In this document: positions 49,719 to 59,627 of the stretch, in pieces
Layout of the letters: each line of letters starts with the position of its first letter
How positions within the stretch are numbered: the first letter of the stretch is position 1
NCBI GenBank assembly: GCA_963765495.1
Contig: CAVXWP010000007.1
Location: forward strand, 480,001 to 544,000
Direction of reading: 5' to 3'
DNA length: 64,000 nt
DNA from: Blastocatellia bacterium
GTDB taxonomy: Bacteria > Acidobacteriota > Blastocatellia > UBA7656
Made by a program: the position numbers and the translations under genes
Notes under the pieces: generated by a model
Seen by the model: the letters and a program-made list of their open reading frames with translations, nothing else
Told to the model about the DNA's origin: nothing
Database searches by the model: none

Positions 49719-51029
49719 TCAAAGTATCAGGCCGTCAATTTCGTGCATCACGGCGCGAGCGGCCCGGTCAGGGCCCGGCTCGCCTTCGCGCTCAAGCAAC
49801 CGGCGCACGCGCTTCAGATCCTGACGCATTTGAGAAAGACGCGTGGGATTTGAAAGAATCATTTTGACCTCGCGCGCTATCCGCTCGCCCGTCACATCCT
49901 TCTGCATCAATTCGGGCACTATCTTTTGGCCCGCTATCAGATTCACCATGCCGAATGTATCCAGATGAATGAGAGGGCGAAGCAGCCTCCAACTGAGTTC
50001 CGACCCTCGATAGATGATAACCATAGGCGTGAGCGCGAGCGCCGTTTCAACCGTTGCCGTCCCGCTTGCAACGACCGCCATATCCGCGTGATGGAGCGTG
50101 TTATAGAGATCGCCTTCTATTATCCTCACATCCAAAGCGTCGCCCTGGCATCTCTCTTTTATCACCGTTTCGATCTGATCGCGGTCTATCGTAGACGCGA
50201 GCGGGATCAGGAATTGGAAATCCGAGATTTGAGATTTGAGATTTGAGGTTTGAGATTTGAAAGTTGAAATTTCAGACGACGGGTCATCCAAGAGCAGGCG
50301 CGCGGCATCGAGCATGGCAGGCAAATGGTAATGGACCTCTTTTTTTCTGCTGCCGGGAAGCAGCGCAAAGATCGGGCGCGTGGGGTCGAGCCTGTGCGCG
50401 CTGGTAAACTCATCTCTACCGACGCTCGAACGAACGGCGCTTACAAGAGGGTGGCCCACATATTCGACCTCGATTCCCACCCGTTCATAAAATTCTTTCT
50501 CAAACGGCAATATGACAAGCATGCGATTCACGTCGCGGCGGATCGCCCGCACGCGATACTGCTTCCAGGCCCACACCTGCGGGCTGATGTAATAGATTAT
50601 CCTGGTCCCTTTCGGGCGCAATCGTTTTGCCAGACGCAGATTGAAATCGGGCCAGTCTATCAGTATCACCGCAACGGGTCTTCGTTTGCGCGCGGCGGCA
50701 AGTAATCGGCGGTAAGCGCGATACAGCCTGCCGAGCGCCCCGGCCACTTCGAGCACTCCGATGATGCCCACATCGCGAGCATCAACAAGAGTCTCTACTC
50801 CGGCCCGGCGCATCTCCTCACCACCCGCCCCGAATATCTCGAAATCCGTCTCCGGGTATAGCCGCGTCAGTGCCTGCGCAAGCGCCGCCCCGTGCTTGTC
50901 GCCCGAGGCTTCGCCTGCAACCATCATTATGCGGAGCGGAGAGCGATTCGTGATTCGTGATTTGTGATTAGTTAGTGATTCGTGATTCGTGATTCGTGAT
51001 TCATGGTTTGTTTGTTTGTCTTCCGCCAT
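49719..51029 (-). CDS. lpxB: Lipid-A-disaccharide synthase
   Basis: AGEASGD, ID.PDFN, SPQVWAW, YVGHPL, LPGSR and SGTATVE motifs; start uncertain (51029 or 51053). Confidence 0.93.
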   Translation of the reverse strand: MAEDKQTNHESRITNHESLTNHKSRITNRSPLRIMMVAGEASGDKHGAALAQALTRLYPETDFEIFGAGGEEMRRAGVETLVDARDVGIIGVLEVAGALGRLYRAYRRLLAAARKRRPVAVILIDWPDFNLRLAKRLRPKGTRIIYYISPQVWAWKQYRVRAIRRDVNRMLVILPFEKEFYERVGIEVEYVGHPLVSAVRSSVGRDEFTSAHRLDPTRPIFALLPGSRKKEVHYHLPAMLDAARLLLDDPSSEISTFKSQTSNLKSQISDFQFLIPLASTIDRDQIETVIKERCQGDALDVRIIEGDLYNTLHHADMAVVASGTATVETALALTPMVIIYRGSELSWRLLRPLIHLDTFGMVNLIAGQKIVPELMQKDVTGERIAREVKMILSNPTRLSQMRQDLKRVRRLLEREGEPGPDRAARAVMHEIDGLIL

Positions 51030-51095
51030 CTGCAATGTCCCCAGATCAATCACACCTTAACCCACAGTCACGAATCACAAATCACTAACTAATCA
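50945..51095. repeat. Heptamer-armed palindrome (GATTCGT family) overlapping the lpxB 5' end
   Basis: (GATTCGT)n 50945-51003; TCACGAATCACAAATCACTAACTAATCA 51068-51095. Confidence 0.85.
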
Positions 51096-52141
51096 TTCAG
51101 GTCCGACAATGATTCATTCAACCACTCATCGGTCAGGAGGTCTTCAAGCAGGGCCGTCCTTGCCTGATATCTTTCAATCAGGGTGTGCTCACGCAAACGC
51201 GGCATGACGGGCGGTATGGAATCTTCTATGGAGGGCTGGGTTTCAGGCCCCTGTTCGAGGAAATAATCCACCGTCTCTCCGAGCGCCCTCAGATATGATG
51301 TAGGCGAAAACCCGAGGTCGCGTCTTGCCGCCTGTATGTTGCAGGCGATGATTCGCCCGCCGGAAAAATAAGGGAAATGCAGGAGGTTGAAGCCAAGGCG
51401 TTCGAGCAGCCTTGAGGGGATGTGAACCATTTTCGCTTCCGCACCCGCTATCTGAGCGATGTTGTCTATGTGTTTATTGACGCTTATAAGATCGGGTTGC
51501 GACAGATTATAAGCCCGCCCGTCTACCTGGTCGGCTTCTAGCGCGTTGGCGAGCACTTCGGCCAGATCTTTCACATATATCGAATAAATAGGCGTTGCCC
51601 CGTAATTGGGCACGATCACCGGGTCGTCCGCTACTATCCGCTTCAGGTAATAATTCTCTCGCGACTTGCGATCTCGCGGGCCGAAAACGGCCGTAGGGCG
51701 AACGCTCACATAAGGAAACCCCGTCTTGGTATACGCCCATCTGAGGGCGCGCTCGCATTCGGCTTTGTCGTATGCGTAGCCCGCTCGCGGGTCTGTAATC
51801 AGAGGGTCGGATTCAGCCACAGGCATGGTTGTCTCGCGGCATACGGCCAGAGTGCTCAGGTGGACGAACCGCTTCAGCCTGCCTTCGAAAATCTTGATTG
51901 CGGCCTGAGTCTCTTCGCGGGTATAAGCGTTGATGTCTATTACGGCGTCAGGCCTGAGCGCGGGAAGGCGGGACATATCCTCGGGATTATGCCGGTCGCC
52001 TTTGATGAGCGTGATCTCTTGAATGAGACTGGAATGGGTTGTGCCGCGTGCAAAAACCGACACCTCATGGCCTCGCCGCAGCAGTTCTTTCACTGTGTGG
52101 TCGCCGATGTAGCCGGTCCCACCGATGACGAGAACTTTCAT
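51089..52141 (-). CDS. NAD-dependent epimerase/dehydratase family protein
   Basis: GGTGYIG, YAYDK and RPTAVFGP motifs. Confidence 0.88.
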   Translation of the reverse strand: MKVLVIGGTGYIGDHTVKELLRRGHEVSVFARGTTHSSLIQEITLIKGDRHNPEDMSRLPALRPDAVIDINAYTREETQAAIKIFEGRLKRFVHLSTLAVCRETTMPVAESDPLITDPRAGYAYDKAECERALRWAYTKTGFPYVSVRPTAVFGPRDRKSRENYYLKRIVADDPVIVPNYGATPIYSIYVKDLAEVLANALEADQVDGRAYNLSQPDLISVNKHIDNIAQIAGAEAKMVHIPSRLLERLGFNLLHFPYFSGGRIIACNIQAARRDLGFSPTSYLRALGETVDYFLEQGPETQPSIEDSIPPVMPRLREHTLIERYQARTALLEDLLTDEWLNESLSDLND

Positions 52142-52144
52142 AGA

Positions 52145-52219
52145 GGGGTCGGAGGTCAGAGGTCGGAGGTCGTGGCGGGCTTTTTTCAGCCGGCCTCTGA
52201 CCCCTGACCCCTGACCCCT
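52145..52219. repeat. Heptamer-armed palindrome (GAGGTCA/TGACCCC family)
   Basis: GGGGTCGGAGGTCAGAGGTCGGAGGTCG / CCTCTGACCCCTGACCCCTGACCCCTG. Confidence 0.85.
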
Positions 52220-52224
52220 GGCTG

Positions 52225-53409
52225 CTAGGGATTTCGCAACAGTTTCGATCCGTTGTTATCGTTCTTCTTCTTGTCCTTCTTGTTTTTGCCCTTGTTCTTT
52301 TCGGGTGCGACCTGATCCTTTTGCGAATCGGGTGCGCCTGCTTTAACTTCTACATCCTGGCTGGCTCCCGTGGCGCGGCGAGGGCGAGCGTTTGGCTCAT
52401 TGCTTGTCGTGGCGGCATCGGGCGTGACGGCGGAATCGCTCTTAGGCGCGCCGCTCAACCCTTGCGCGCGGGCTACGATCTCTTCGGTTTCAAGATCGCG
52501 GTCTATTATCACGCCTTTGTTGGAAGTGTCTATCTTTGGGCCAAAGACAAATCCAAAGACACGCGAGGGCAGCCCCTTGCCTTCGGGAGGTCCGGCGGCG
52601 AGTTTGTCGGGGTTGGGCTCGGGAACCGGCAGCCCCCACTGCTTGAGCATCTCTTCGGCCTTTGGGCGATATTCCGAAAAAGGATAGCTCTGAATTATTC
52701 GCTCAAGATCGTGGCTGGCCGTAACGGTGTCTTCCTGATCGGCCATCGCCCTTGCATGCAGCCAGAGCGCCTCGTCAAAGAGCGAGAAATTCGGGTACTT
52801 GTTCAGAATCTCTTCCGTGCGTCCCTGCGTAGCCGGAGCCGCCTCGCGATGCTCATAATAGAAGCGGGCAACCTTCAGCTCGTGCATTGCCAGAATCTCC
52901 TGAACATCGGTCATCATGCCTTCGACATCTTCCTTCTTGTCGGTTCCCGGATAGCGTCTGAGCAATTCTTTCAGTTGTCGTTCGGCAAGCCGGGCGTGCG
53001 TTATATCGCGGTCAGGCGCAAGAACCTGTTTCAGATGCACTTCGGCCATCTTCATCATCACGTCATCGGCCAGCGCATCATCGGGGAAGAACTGAATCCA
53101 GTCGCGGTATTCGATTTCGGCCTGTGCCAATCCCTTCGACCCGCCTCCCAGATAGAACGAATCGGCGATGGCCAGCTTTGCAATACGCACCATAGGGCTT
53201 TCAGGATAGGTGTTCATCATAGTGTTCAACAGTATCCTGCCTTCGTCAAAGCGCCCTTTGCGAATCGCGTTTATGCCCGAGCGGAAAAGCTCCTGATCGC
53301 GTCCGGGTTTCGCCTCTTCAAGCGTTATCTGCTTTTTGGCTTTACCGCCGCAGGCGGCAAACGGGAGGCCAAGTGCCAGAGCTATTAGAATGATCTTTAC
53401 TGCCTTCAT
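52225..53409 (-). CDS. bamD: Outer-membrane assembly lipoprotein BamD
   Basis: Lipobox FAAC; TPRs; PDRD; LAMHELKVARFY. Confidence 0.88.
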   Translation of the reverse strand: MKAVKIILIALALGLPFAACGGKAKKQITLEEAKPGRDQELFRSGINAIRKGRFDEGRILLNTMMNTYPESPMVRIAKLAIADSFYLGGGSKGLAQAEIEYRDWIQFFPDDALADDVMMKMAEVHLKQVLAPDRDITHARLAERQLKELLRRYPGTDKKEDVEGMMTDVQEILAMHELKVARFYYEHREAAPATQGRTEEILNKYPNFSLFDEALWLHARAMADQEDTVTASHDLERIIQSYPFSEYRPKAEEMLKQWGLPVPEPNPDKLAAGPPEGKGLPSRVFGFVFGPKIDTSNKGVIIDRDLETEEIVARAQGLSGAPKSDSAVTPDAATTSNEPNARPRRATGASQDVEVKAGAPDSQKDQVAPEKNKGKNKKDKKKNDNNGSKLLRNP

Positions 53410-53516
53410 AAAATCCTTAACCGGCTGCCGACACCATACGCCTTGCGGAGAGCGTGGCCGCCTTCTCCATTTCCTATTATTACGGACGGGATTGCCCTGC
53501 CGTAGATGAGCACGGG

Positions 53517-54182
53517 TTAAACTGTAAGCGGTTCCAACGCCTTCTGGCGGAGAGCGCGAGTAGCTTCCTCAGGGTTGTTGTTGAAGACTGCCGATCCGGC
53601 TACGAGCCATTCGCCGCCGTGACGGACTATCTCAGCAACATTCTCAACCACTACTCCGCCATCTACCTCTATGCGAACATCCAGGCCGCGACTATCAATC
53701 ATACCCCGCAGTCGACTTATTTTGTCAAGCGCGGTGCCGATGAACGACTGGCCTCCAAATCCCGGATTTACCGACATGACGAGCACATAATCTACCAGAG
53801 GCAGCACCTCTTCGACCGCGCAGACGGGTGTGCCCGGATTGAGCACTACGCCCGGACGGCAGCCGAGTTCGCGTATCGCCGTGAGCGTGCGGTGTATGTG
53901 GACGACCGCCTCTACGTGAACGGAGATCAGATTGGCTCCGGCCTTTGCGAGCGTGCCTATAAAACGGTCGGGGTCCGAGATCATCAGATGACAATCGAGC
54001 GGCAATTTTGTGACGCGCCGAACGGCCTCGACGACGAGAGGACCCATGGTGATGTTAGGCACAAAATGGCCGTCCATCACATCGATGTGGATGAGTCCTG
54101 CGCCGCCGCGCTCGGCAGCGCTGACCTGTTGGCCAAGCTGGGCGAAATCGGCCGATAAGATGGAAGGAGCTATTTCTACCAT
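53517..54182 (-). CDS. rpe: Ribulose-phosphate 3-epimerase
   Basis: [32 protein letters not shown] and EVDGG motifs. Confidence 0.97.
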   Translation of the reverse strand: MVEIAPSILSADFAQLGQQVSAAERGGAGLIHIDVMDGHFVPNITMGPLVVEAVRRVTKLPLDCHLMISDPDRFIGTLAKAGANLISVHVEAVVHIHRTLTAIRELGCRPGVVLNPGTPVCAVEEVLPLVDYVLVMSVNPGFGGQSFIGTALDKISRLRGMIDSRGLDVRIEVDGGVVVENVAEIVRHGGEWLVAGSAVFNNNPEEATRALRQKALEPLTV

Positions 54183-54197
54183 AACTGCCTCATTGTC

Positions 54198-54668
54198 TCA
54201 GAATGTTAATGTTAGTGAAGCCGCCGGAACATAATGTTTGAGAGGTAATTTTAGAGAGGCGCGCTCGCTCATTCGAGCCAGACCTCCTGAATCGAGCAAG
54301 CCCGGCAGGCTGCTTTTGTTTTGCGCGGGCCCCGTGCTTATTACTATGACGAGACTGGAATCTTTCTTGACGGATGAATTTGGGCCGGGTCTGGTTTCAA
54401 TCACCGTGTTGGCCGGGATCGTGTCATCGTTACGCCGTTGAATCTTGACTTTCAGACCGGCATCTTCGGCCATCTTCTGGGCCGCCGGCTCGGCCTGCCC
54501 TACGACATTCGGCACGCGCGTGTCGCCACTGCGAAACAGAGTATATATGGTGACGATCGCGCTAAGGAAAAAAGCGATGGCAAGGATCAGCACCATGCCA
54601 AGCCGGCGCGTAATGATCCATGCTATGCTGCTCTCTTTAAGCCGATTAACGCCCTGTGGGGAATTCAT
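54198..54668 (-). CDS. PASTA-domain membrane protein
   Basis: TM helix then VPNVVG..A..GL..VI...P.P. Confidence 0.85.
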   Translation of the reverse strand: MNSPQGVNRLKESSIAWIITRRLGMVLILAIAFFLSAIVTIYTLFRSGDTRVPNVVGQAEPAAQKMAEDAGLKVKIQRRNDDTIPANTVIETRPGPNSSVKKDSSLVIVISTGPAQNKSSLPGLLDSGGLARMSERASLKLPLKHYVPAASLTLTF

Positions 54669-54768
54669 CGAGCCAAGTCTAGCATTCGTATGATGTGGTT
54701 TTCAACCTTGTGAACCGGCTGTCGAGCGTAGATTCGAGCGGGCGTAAAGGGGAGTCGCAAATCCGCAC

Positions 54769-54945
54769 TCAATGAAAAAAGCCTATCATCCTTGCTTCGT
54801 GCTCAAGAGAAGCCGAAGACATCCACAGAAGCGATAACAACCCATACAGCCCGATGACAAATACGAAAAACATGATCAGATAGTAGAAGAACGCCACGAG
54901 TTTCAGCGAGCGCTCGTGCGTGATTGTCTCCTTTGAGTTTTCCAT
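54769..54945 (-). CDS. Small membrane hypothetical protein
   Basis: Single long hydrophobic stretch; AAAGGTG upstream. Confidence 0.45.
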   Translation of the reverse strand: MENSKETITHERSLKLVAFFYYLIMFFVFVIGLYGLLSLLWMSSASLEHEARMIGFFH

Positions 54946-55074
54946 CAGAATCACCTTTCAATTGCATCTTAATTTACGCCCCTTACTACGACCGGCATGT
55001 TTCAAGCGGATTCGTGAAATTGAGTCCGATCCGTGGGAATTGAGATCCGGGCAGTAGAACCAGGTAGTAGAACT

Positions 55075-55146
55075 AGGCCACGGATGCGGCGGGTTATGAC
55101 TGATCCAATTCGCGTTGGTCTGTTTGACCCGCATCATCCGTGGTCT
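55075..55146. repeat. Degenerate CGGAT-family palindrome
   Basis: AGGCCACGGATGCGGCGGG / CCCGCATCATCCGTGGTCT. Confidence 0.6.
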
Positions 55147-55252
55147 GAACCAGGCGCTCTTGATTCAAATACATCGCTACTGGTCTCTAATGATTTTGAT
55201 TCAGATTCGCCCGTCTATTAAGGACGTAAAGCGAAGGTGGGATTTTGCATGA

Positions 55253-55450
<198 letters not shown>

Positions 55451-55456
<6 letters not shown>

Positions 55457-55762
55457 TTTGACGCTCTGCCACATGCGATTGAACCATCCGCCTTCTTCTT
55501 CGCGCTCGCGGACCTGTTCCAGTTCGCCTGCATCGAGCCAGACGCCGTTGCATTTGTTGCATCGGTCTATCATCACCTCTTCATAGGCGATCTCTACAAG
55601 CTTGCCGTCGCATCTTGGGCATTGTAGCATCGCCGCCTCGGCAGCTTTGGCCTGCTCTTCTTCGGCACGTTTTGCGCGCACCTTTTCAATGGCCTCCTGT
55701 TCCTTGCGCCGAAAATACTCTTCTTCGAGCGCCTTTTTACGGTCATCCCATGATCCTGACAT
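55451..55762 (-). CDS. zf-TFIIB-like zinc-ribbon protein
   Basis: EEEYFRRKE N-terminus; CPRC..IDRC.KC.GVWLDAGEL. Confidence 0.85.
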
Positions 55763-55823
55763 TTCACTTTTCTCCTCTTATGAATTTCCAAACAACTGAA
55801 AAAATAACGAGATCAACTCTCTT

Positions 55824-56852
55824 CTAATGCTCTTCGGCAAGTTTGACGATTCGATCAATCGTTTTCTTATCATCGGGCAGCAATCCCGGTTCAACGAGTC
55901 GCGGCGTCAATATCGCCCAGTTCTTATCCATAGCAAAAACGCGTTTGAACAGAGGGAACGATTCATCAACTCGCCCCATGTTCACAAGCGCCACGGCGTG
56001 CCAGTAGACCATTTCCGCGTTGTCGGGGGCAAGGCGGGCAGCCGCGCCGTATTCCTCAAGCGCCCGCTCGTTGTCTTTGTGCTCGACTGCAAGATCGCCT
56101 TCGTTCATGTGATTGTAGGCTCGCTGCAAAACCAGCAACCGGCTCAATTCTTTCAACGGGTCCGGGCTGTCATCGACTCTCAGATCGAATATTCGATCCG
56201 CCCACGCGCGTCCCGTAGGCTTGCCCGTGACTACGATAATCGCCGCCGATTGTTTCCCTCTTATATCACCGCCCGCGGCCTGCGCGGCCTCAAGCGCGGC
56301 CATCATTCGGTCGGCCAGATCGCCTTTCGTCGTCTCGAAAGCCTCAGCCATCGCGGGCCACACCTTTTCGTTCAGCATCAAATTGGCCTGCACAGAATAG
56401 TCTTTGCCTGTCTTGTGGCCTGCGGCCTGTATGCACTTCGCTCCGGTGTGAGCCATCACCCGTCCCTCGGCATCAATCATCGCGACCTGACGAACATCGC
56501 GCCCCTCATCGGCGGCAAGCAACCCCTTTAAGGCGTCGGGCGCGCTGCGGCCCGCGCGCATCAAATCCAATCCCAGCTTGCCGTAGCTCGGATCGACAAA
56601 CGACTGCGTAGCAACCGCACCGACACCGGCTTCGGCCCAGGGCACAGTAGTGCCTACGTCGAACCAGTGCGACTGTACAGCTACGCCGATCTGCCCCGTA
56701 GCCGGATCACGAGCCACGATCGAAAAAGTATGCACCGGACGCAACGGTCGGTGCGCCTGATCTTTGGTCTGTGCTGCCGCATCTTTCGACAGGCTCAAAG
56801 CCGCTATGAGCACCGCGATTATAAGCATCACTTTCTTGAGCATATATTTCAT
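55824..56852 (-). CDS. DUF1028 (Ntn-hydrolase-like) protein with C-terminal TPR
   Basis: HTFSIVARDP, GVGAVATQ, GGDIRGKQSA and LRVDD motifs; start moved to 56852. Confidence 0.88.
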   Translation of the reverse strand: MKYMLKKVMLIIAVLIAALSLSKDAAAQTKDQAHRPLRPVHTFSIVARDPATGQIGVAVQSHWFDVGTTVPWAEAGVGAVATQSFVDPSYGKLGLDLMRAGRSAPDALKGLLAADEGRDVRQVAMIDAEGRVMAHTGAKCIQAAGHKTGKDYSVQANLMLNEKVWPAMAEAFETTKGDLADRMMAALEAAQAAGGDIRGKQSAAIIVVTGKPTGRAWADRIFDLRVDDSPDPLKELSRLLVLQRAYNHMNEGDLAVEHKDNERALEEYGAAARLAPDNAEMVYWHAVALVNMGRVDESFPLFKRVFAMDKNWAILTPRLVEPGLLPDDKKTIDRIVKLAEEH

Positions 56853-56871
56853 ATTCTCCACCTCTTTGAAA

Positions 56872-56989
56872 TAGTAAGCAGTAGGCAGTAGGCAGTTGAT
56901 ACTGAACTGACAACTACAAAGAGAGCACGGCGTATGCATATGAATAGGTGGTATCCAACTCCGTTACTGCCTACTGCCTACTGCTCACT
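56872..56989. repeat. Heptamer-armed palindrome (GCAGTAG family)
   Basis: AGTAAGCAGTAGGCAGTAGGCAGT / ACTGCCTACTGCCTACTGCTCACT. Confidence 0.85.
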
Positions 56990-58584
56990 ATTTCAATCGC
57001 GCCCTGTTCGCGGCGCGCTCTGAGGACTTTTTTATCGAATTTGCCTACGCTGGTCTTTGGGACTTCTTCGATAAAGGCCCATCGTTCGGGAACCCACCAT
57101 TTTGCTACGCGATCAGAGAGAAAGGCGCGCAATTGATCGGCTGAGACTTCGCTGCCCTCCTTCAAGACGACGCAAGCCAGAGGGCGCTCGTCCCACCTGT
57201 CGTCGGGCACGGCTATGACGGCGGCTTCGATTATGTCTGGGTGAGCCATGATCTCGTTTTCAAGCTCTACGGTTGAAATCCACTCGCCGCCCGATTTGAT
57301 GACATCCTTTGCGCGGTCGGTGATCTGGATAAAGCCCTTTGAGTTCATCGTGCCTACATCGCCCGTCCTGAGCCAGCCGTCGTGAAATTTCTCGGGCGTA
57401 TCGTCGCCGTAATAAGCAGCCGTCACCCACGGCCCCCGGACTTCGATCTCGCCTACGGACTGGCCGTCCCACGGCAGGACTTTTTCTCCGTCAACGATTC
57501 GCAACTCGACGCCGAAGCAGACCCGCCCGTTCTTTGCGCGCCATTCCATCCTCTCGTCTTGCGGAACGGTTTTAGGAGGATGCGCGATTGCCGCAAGCGG
57601 GCTTGTTTCCGTCATCCCCCACGCCTGAATTATCCTGACGCCGTAATGCTGCTGAAATTTTTCCATAAGGCTTCGCGGCACGGCAGACCCTCCGCAGGCG
57701 ATCATCCTGAACGACGACAGATCAACGTCTTTGCCCTCGATGTAGCGGAGCATCTCATTCCAGATAGCGGGAACCGCGCCTGAAAACGTAGGCCGTTCCA
57801 AAGCGATCAATCTGCACATAGGCTCGGCCTGAAGGAAGCGGTCGGGCATTACGAAATCAGAGCCGGTCAGCCACCCGGCGTAAGGCAGTCCCCACGCGTT
57901 TGCGTGAAACATAGGCACGATGAGCAGGATGCGGTCGTCCTGACTAAGCCCGAACGCGGCCCCTGTGCATGCGCCCATCGAGTGCAGATAACAGGAGCGG
58001 TGGCTATAGACTACGCCTTTCGGATTGCCCGTAGTCCCGCTCGTATAGCACATCGCCGCAGCCGCGCGTTCGTCAATCTCGGGCCATTCAAAACCGAGTT
58101 GTTCGGCTGCGAGCAACTCCTCGTAGCGGAGCACCTCGCCAAGCGCGCCCGCATCCGAGTCACCGATTACGATGAAGTGCTCGACGGTTTTCAGATCGGG
58201 AGCAACGCGGGCAAGCATCGGGACAAGCGACTCGTCCACGATGATAACGCGGTCTTCGGCGTGATTTATGATGTAGGTCAATTGATCGGGGAAGAGGCGA
58301 ATATTGAGAGTATGAAGGACCGCGCCCATGCTCGGAACCGCGAGGTACGCTTCGAGGTGTTCCTGATTATTCCAGCAGAAAGTGGCTACGCGGTCGCCGG
58401 GACGTATGCCGAGGCGAAAAAGCGCGGCGGCTAGGCGTTCGCTTCTATCGCCGGTTTCAGCGAAGGAGGCGCGGCGCGAGCCTTCGCCCTGAAAAGTGAC
58501 GACCTGACTGTCTGCATAGACGTGTCTTCCGTGATTAAAGATCGAGTTGATCGTAAGCGGCCTGTCCTGCATAGTGCTCTGCAT
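56971..58584 (-). CDS. Long-chain fatty-acid--CoA ligase
   Basis: [31 protein letters not shown] and KTSVGKFDK motifs. Confidence 0.93.
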   Translation of the reverse strand: MQSTMQDRPLTINSIFNHGRHVYADSQVVTFQGEGSRRASFAETGDRSERLAAALFRLGIRPGDRVATFCWNNQEHLEAYLAVPSMGAVLHTLNIRLFPDQLTYIINHAEDRVIIVDESLVPMLARVAPDLKTVEHFIVIGDSDAGALGEVLRYEELLAAEQLGFEWPEIDERAAAAMCYTSGTTGNPKGVVYSHRSCYLHSMGACTGAAFGLSQDDRILLIVPMFHANAWGLPYAGWLTGSDFVMPDRFLQAEPMCRLIALERPTFSGAVPAIWNEMLRYIEGKDVDLSSFRMIACGGSAVPRSLMEKFQQHYGVRIIQAWGMTETSPLAAIAHPPKTVPQDERMEWRAKNGRVCFGVELRIVDGEKVLPWDGQSVGEIEVRGPWVTAAYYGDDTPEKFHDGWLRTGDVGTMNSKGFIQITDRAKDVIKSGGEWISTVELENEIMAHPDIIEAAVIAVPDDRWDERPLACVVLKEGSEVSADQLRAFLSDRVAKWWVPERWAFIEEVPKTSVGKFDKKVLRARREQGAIEIVSSRQ

Positions 58585-58723
58585 CGCGGTATTCCTCCTA
58601 TGTGAATTGACCTGCCGGACCCGTGATTTTGCGTGTAGGGCATTATCTTAAAGGAGCCGCGATAGAGCAAGCTGAAGGCGCGGAATGTGATGCAGCAGCG
58701 CAAAGGTGAGACGATATTTTGAA

Positions 58724-59353
58724 TCACTGCCCGGCGTTTTCCAACTTTTTTTCAAGCAGTATCAAGTTGTCTTGAGCACCTCTGGTATATGGATGATCGT
58801 CGCTCAGGAATTCGCGAAAGATTTTCAATGAGCGTTCGAATAGAACCTTAGCTCCGTCAATATCCTCTTGTTCTTGCAGTACCAAGCCGAGATTGTTGAT
58901 GTCAATAGCAACGTCCGGATGTTCAGAGCCATATACGACCTCATCAATGGCGAGGGCGCGCTCACGCTTTACGCCATTGAGCAGAGCAGGTTTCGCGGCT
59001 GCTTCGTCAAGCTTTAACAGATCAATATAAACGATAGGATGCAGCAATCCTTTGGTTTCGAATTCGCGGACGCGCACAGGTAACAGCTTGCCTTCTTTGC
59101 CCGTAGGGTCTTTGGCAAACGCGGCGGCCCATTCCGATTGTGTGTAAAGCGCCGCAAGATAATCCGGTGAAAGTACGGCTATCGTGCGTTCGGCTCCGGC
59201 TGCTGCGCGGTCCATCTCAAGGACGAAGTTTGAACCGGCAGGGAAGTCCCATTCCTGAAATATGACCGTGTATTTTTCTTCTTCCAGTATCCACGCGATC
59301 CACCTGCCCCACAGTTTATCCGCTTTGTTGTAGCTGATGAAAAAATCCGCCAT
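58724..59353 (-). CDS. TIR-domain protein with short TPR tail
   Basis: DFFISY, WIAW.LE, VLSPDY..SEW TIR motifs; ALAIDE..YG.EHPDVA..NNLG TPR. Confidence 0.85.
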   Translation of the reverse strand: MADFFISYNKADKLWGRWIAWILEEEKYTVIFQEWDFPAGSNFVLEMDRAAAGAERTIAVLSPDYLAALYTQSEWAAAFAKDPTGKEGKLLPVRVREFETKGLLHPIVYIDLLKLDEAAAKPALLNGVKRERALAIDEVVYGSEHPDVAIDINNLGLVLQEQEDIDGAKVLFERSLKIFREFLSDDHPYTRGAQDNLILLEKKLENAGQ

Positions 59354-59479
59354 CGCATTCTTCCGCGTTTGAGACGTTCGACTATTAGCGCCTGCTACCG
59401 TAGCACAAACCGCCTAACGCGACAATGCGCTCTTTCGGCGTCAAACGTATTGAATGTTAATGTGAACCTGAGGCAGTTG

Positions 59480-59585
59480 GAAATAGGCGGCGGATGCGGC
59501 GGATGCGGCGGATCTACGCGGATTAAACCATATAAGGTCAGATCCGCGAAAATCCGCCGCATCCGCGTCATCCGTGGCCTATTTC
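59480..59585. repeat. CGGAT-family palindrome
   Basis: GAAATAGGCGGCGGATGCGGCGGATGCGGCGGAT.. / ..ATCCGCCGCATCCGCGTCATCCGTGGCCTATTTC. Confidence 0.8.
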
Positions 59586-59627
59586 TACTTTTCCGACTAT
59601 TCTCTTGCGGGATGAGTTAAGACGGCC

